From contig NW_024704743.1 of the NCBI RefSeq assembly GCF_018977255.1, positions 74,526,001 to 74,590,000 on the forward strand: DNA of 64,000 nt, given 5' to 3'. This DNA is from Callorhinchus milii (Eukaryota). This document shows positions 61,251-64,000 of the stretch, one piece after another. The position numbers and the translations under genes were made by a program. The stretch's first letter is position 1. Every line of letters begins with the position of its first letter. The notes under the pieces are model-generated. The model did not search any database and had not been told where the DNA came from. It saw only the letters and a program-made list of their open reading frames with translations.

Positions 61251-63782
61251 GCTAAAATTGTTAAAATTTTAATTTAAATCTGCAAAACGTTTTTTTTTTC
61301 CTTTGAAGATCTTTTCTTACACAACTTCAAACGCACTGACCTACATTGCCTACTCTGGTACCCACAGGAGGCAGCACACAGTATTGGGCTACTTTGGGGC
61401 TGCTATTGAGTTCGCTTTGGGCTACAAACGTGTTCTGATTTCTGGCAAAACCCTGGTCACTGTGTTTGGCACAACAGTTCAGGCACCTGACAAGCTGTGC
61501 CATGTTTTCTGCAGCCTGTCACAGCCCCATACACAAATGAGAACTGCACAACCTCGGTTTGTTCCTTGGCACAGATGCTACAGTATTACCAAGATTCAGG
61601 CACCTGGAAAGCTGTCCTTGGCATCTGCAGCCTGTTACAGTCCCTTGCACAAATGAGTACTATATTATACAGGCTTGGTTTGTCTTTGTTTGCACATGCA
61701 CCAAGCTCAGAGACTTGAACAGCTTGCCCCGGCTTCCATAACCCATCACAGTCCCTGATACACAGATGAGAACTACAAGTTTGAAAGCTGGCTTGTTTAT
61801 AATAATAATAATCCTTGCATTTGATATAGCGCTTCTGCCCATACAGTATTGTCGAGTTTAGGTGCCTCAAAAACTGGTCCCTGGTTTTATTTTTCAAAAT
61901 ATGTACATAAAAGTGTTACGTCCCACGCAATAAGCCAAATAGTCTCCTGTACGGTAATTCCACATGACACTTAACTCATTTAAATACCTTCAATCAACTG
62001 CAAAAGAAGCACTTTATCACATCGAGCACCTCAAAGCTCTTTAGTTATCATCATTAGACCGTTATTGTAGGCAAATGTTACAGCTACTTTGCATACAACA
62101 AAATATAGTCAATTCACTTTACAGTATATCCTGTGAAGCATTTTGAAATGTCTCAAGGACATAAGGCGCTATATCAAATGCAAGGATTATTATCAGTAAC
62201 CGTAGCATCCTTTTTGAATGCAACCCATTTTAATATTTCACTTTAATTTTCAGGTCATCCAAAAGCTCCGATTCAGGGGAAATTACAGGTGATGAACCAA
62301 AATTATTTCCTTTGCTCAATATTAATGTTGAAAATTGTCAATATCTTCCAAAGTACAGTAGGAAGCATTTCAAAACCTGGAAATCAATCCGTTGGGAACC
62401 AGGGTACCAGTAAAGCCTGGAATAGTTGGGGGTGAAAGGCATGTAAATTTCAATATGGGGTAGGACACATTTTGGATGAGTTGGAGTGTGTGAATAGTCG
62501 AGTTGGAAAGCCAGTGAGGGGTGCATTGGAGAAATCCAGTCTGGAGGGGACAATGAAACTGATAAGCGTTTCAGCAGCATTGAAAAGATTTTAAATCAGC
62601 ACAATTTGCTTTCAACTCTCTGTGTTTGTCTAACTTGCTGAGAGGCCACATGAATTGTGTTCTTATTGCACTGAAATGCAATAGTGAGAATATTGACTCT
62701 CTTTTTCTTCCAAATAACTGGGTATTGTTTTTCCCTTTTCAAGGGCGCAAGCTCTCAAGGTCGTAGAGGAAAACACAAGCAATTATAAGTGCAAAAATAT
62801 AGATTTAAAAGCATTAGCAAATACATTTCACTATATTTTATTCACAATTTCAGAAACATGTCCTTAATGTTTACAAAATTTCAATATCAGAATATTGTAT
62901 TTTATTTTCTATACAATAATTAGGATTTAGTTTCAAATATCACAATTTGCCATGGAGATAGGCTATTTTATTGTCCAGGATGAAATATAGATTCCATGCT
63001 TAAACGTTTTCATCTTTTATTTGTGTAAATAGGTCAATTTCTACCTTTAATGAGCCTCAAACATTTAATCTTCTTTGCAGATATACTGCTCATTAACTGC
63101 CAACACATCGATTCAGCCAAATCCTTATATTAATCCAGATGCCAATTTCTGTGCCTGTTTGTAATGAACATTTTGCCGACCTCTGTGAAATTTTCACTGG
63201 TAAAAAAAGAGGTACTCAAAATTAAACTTTATTCTTAGAAGCCTCGAGATTTTCTCCTCCCTTTTAAAATGTCTTTCCTGAGTCAGGCATTGCATCAACA
63301 CAATGCAAACTGAAGTGCCCCAGGTGTTACTGGATACAGATTTATGACCTAATTTGTGGTTGTGATCCCTAGCCTGCTACATATAGATTTCTACTTCAAA
63401 CAAATTCGAGCAGGCTAGAGGTCAATATAAAAAATTGTATTCTGTAACCTACAAAATATTCGTTTGAATACTTGTTTAATGGCTGCACATAACAGCAAAA
63501 TGATCTGAAAAACTAATAAGATTATATACTAAAATTATAAAGAATACAAAAATTTCCAAAACCACTAACTGGAAAATGTATATCAAGTTTTCCCTCCCCA
63601 CAATATATTGCTTTCTGTATACAATGGGGTCTAATTTAGATTCAAAGAAATGCCGATTAATCCATGAAGAAACAAAATTATCATGAGCTTGTCCAAACTG
63701 TTACTGTTTATGCATAAAGAATTCTTTCTTTTACAGTTGAAACAATTTCCAAAGAAGCAATTTGACATTCTTCTTCCAGCTC

Positions 63783-63931
63783 TCACTTGCGCTGGACGGT
63801 GTTGAAGGACGGAGCTTGAAATGGCTGGATGGATTGAAAGATTGGTTTCTTTCGTACGTCAGAAGACAACGTTTTCATCGAGGGCAAAAGTTGATTCCTT
63901 TTGATTATCTGCAAGGCCAACTGCGTATTTC
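63783..63931 (-). CDS. CNOT10: CCR4-NOT transcription complex subunit 10, terminal coding exon (rest of gene beyond window end)
   Basis: After the acceptor ttag (63932-63935) the reverse strand reads (G)[48 protein letters not shown], matching the recalled CNOT10 C-terminus. Too short to appear in the ORF track. Confidence 0.88.
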
Positions 63932-64000
63932 CTAATAAGTATGAAATGACAAAATTTCAGCATTATTATTTCATTGTAACTTTGCAACAAACTGTGAGCA

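Noticed and set aside
59908..61272. Multiple 250-410-aa Gly/Pro/Cys-rich ORFs
   Set aside because: Translations of G-/C-rich tandem repeats; open in all frames.

Overview
Eukaryotic vertebrate genomic DNA. The repeat landscape (tRNA-derived SINEs with L2-type tails, DeuSINE-like copies, L2 and CR1 LINE fragments) suggests a cartilaginous fish, possibly a holocephalan; this is inferred, not shown. Four intron-containing genes can be read: the last two exons of TOPAZ1 (+), a near-complete TCAIM (-, 10 coding exons), a complete SLC39A6/ZIP6 zinc transporter (-, 9 coding exons, one GC-AG intron) and the last exon of CNOT10 (-). The most notable object is a decayed 7.5-kb endogenous retrovirus between TOPAZ1 and TCAIM (-, 5028-12562). 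It has two LTRs, a tRNA-Lys(UUU) primer site, a coiled-coil/Gly-Arg-rich Gag with no zinc knuckle, and pol in frame with gag behind a UGA-C stop. Pol carries protease, a YVDD-type RT, two RNase H domains and integrase. A cysteine-rich env remnant resembles foamy/lokiretrovirus fusion proteins rather than orthoretroviral TM. Other features are a hAT-like non-autonomous transposon whose empty site is also in the window, nested insertions, hairpin-forming MITE remnants, and large G-/C-skewed minisatellite arrays at the 5' ends of TCAIM and SLC39A6. Those arrays produce the long spurious ORFs in the ORF track. Gene identities come from recalled protein similarity, not a database search. Repeat boundaries are approximate.
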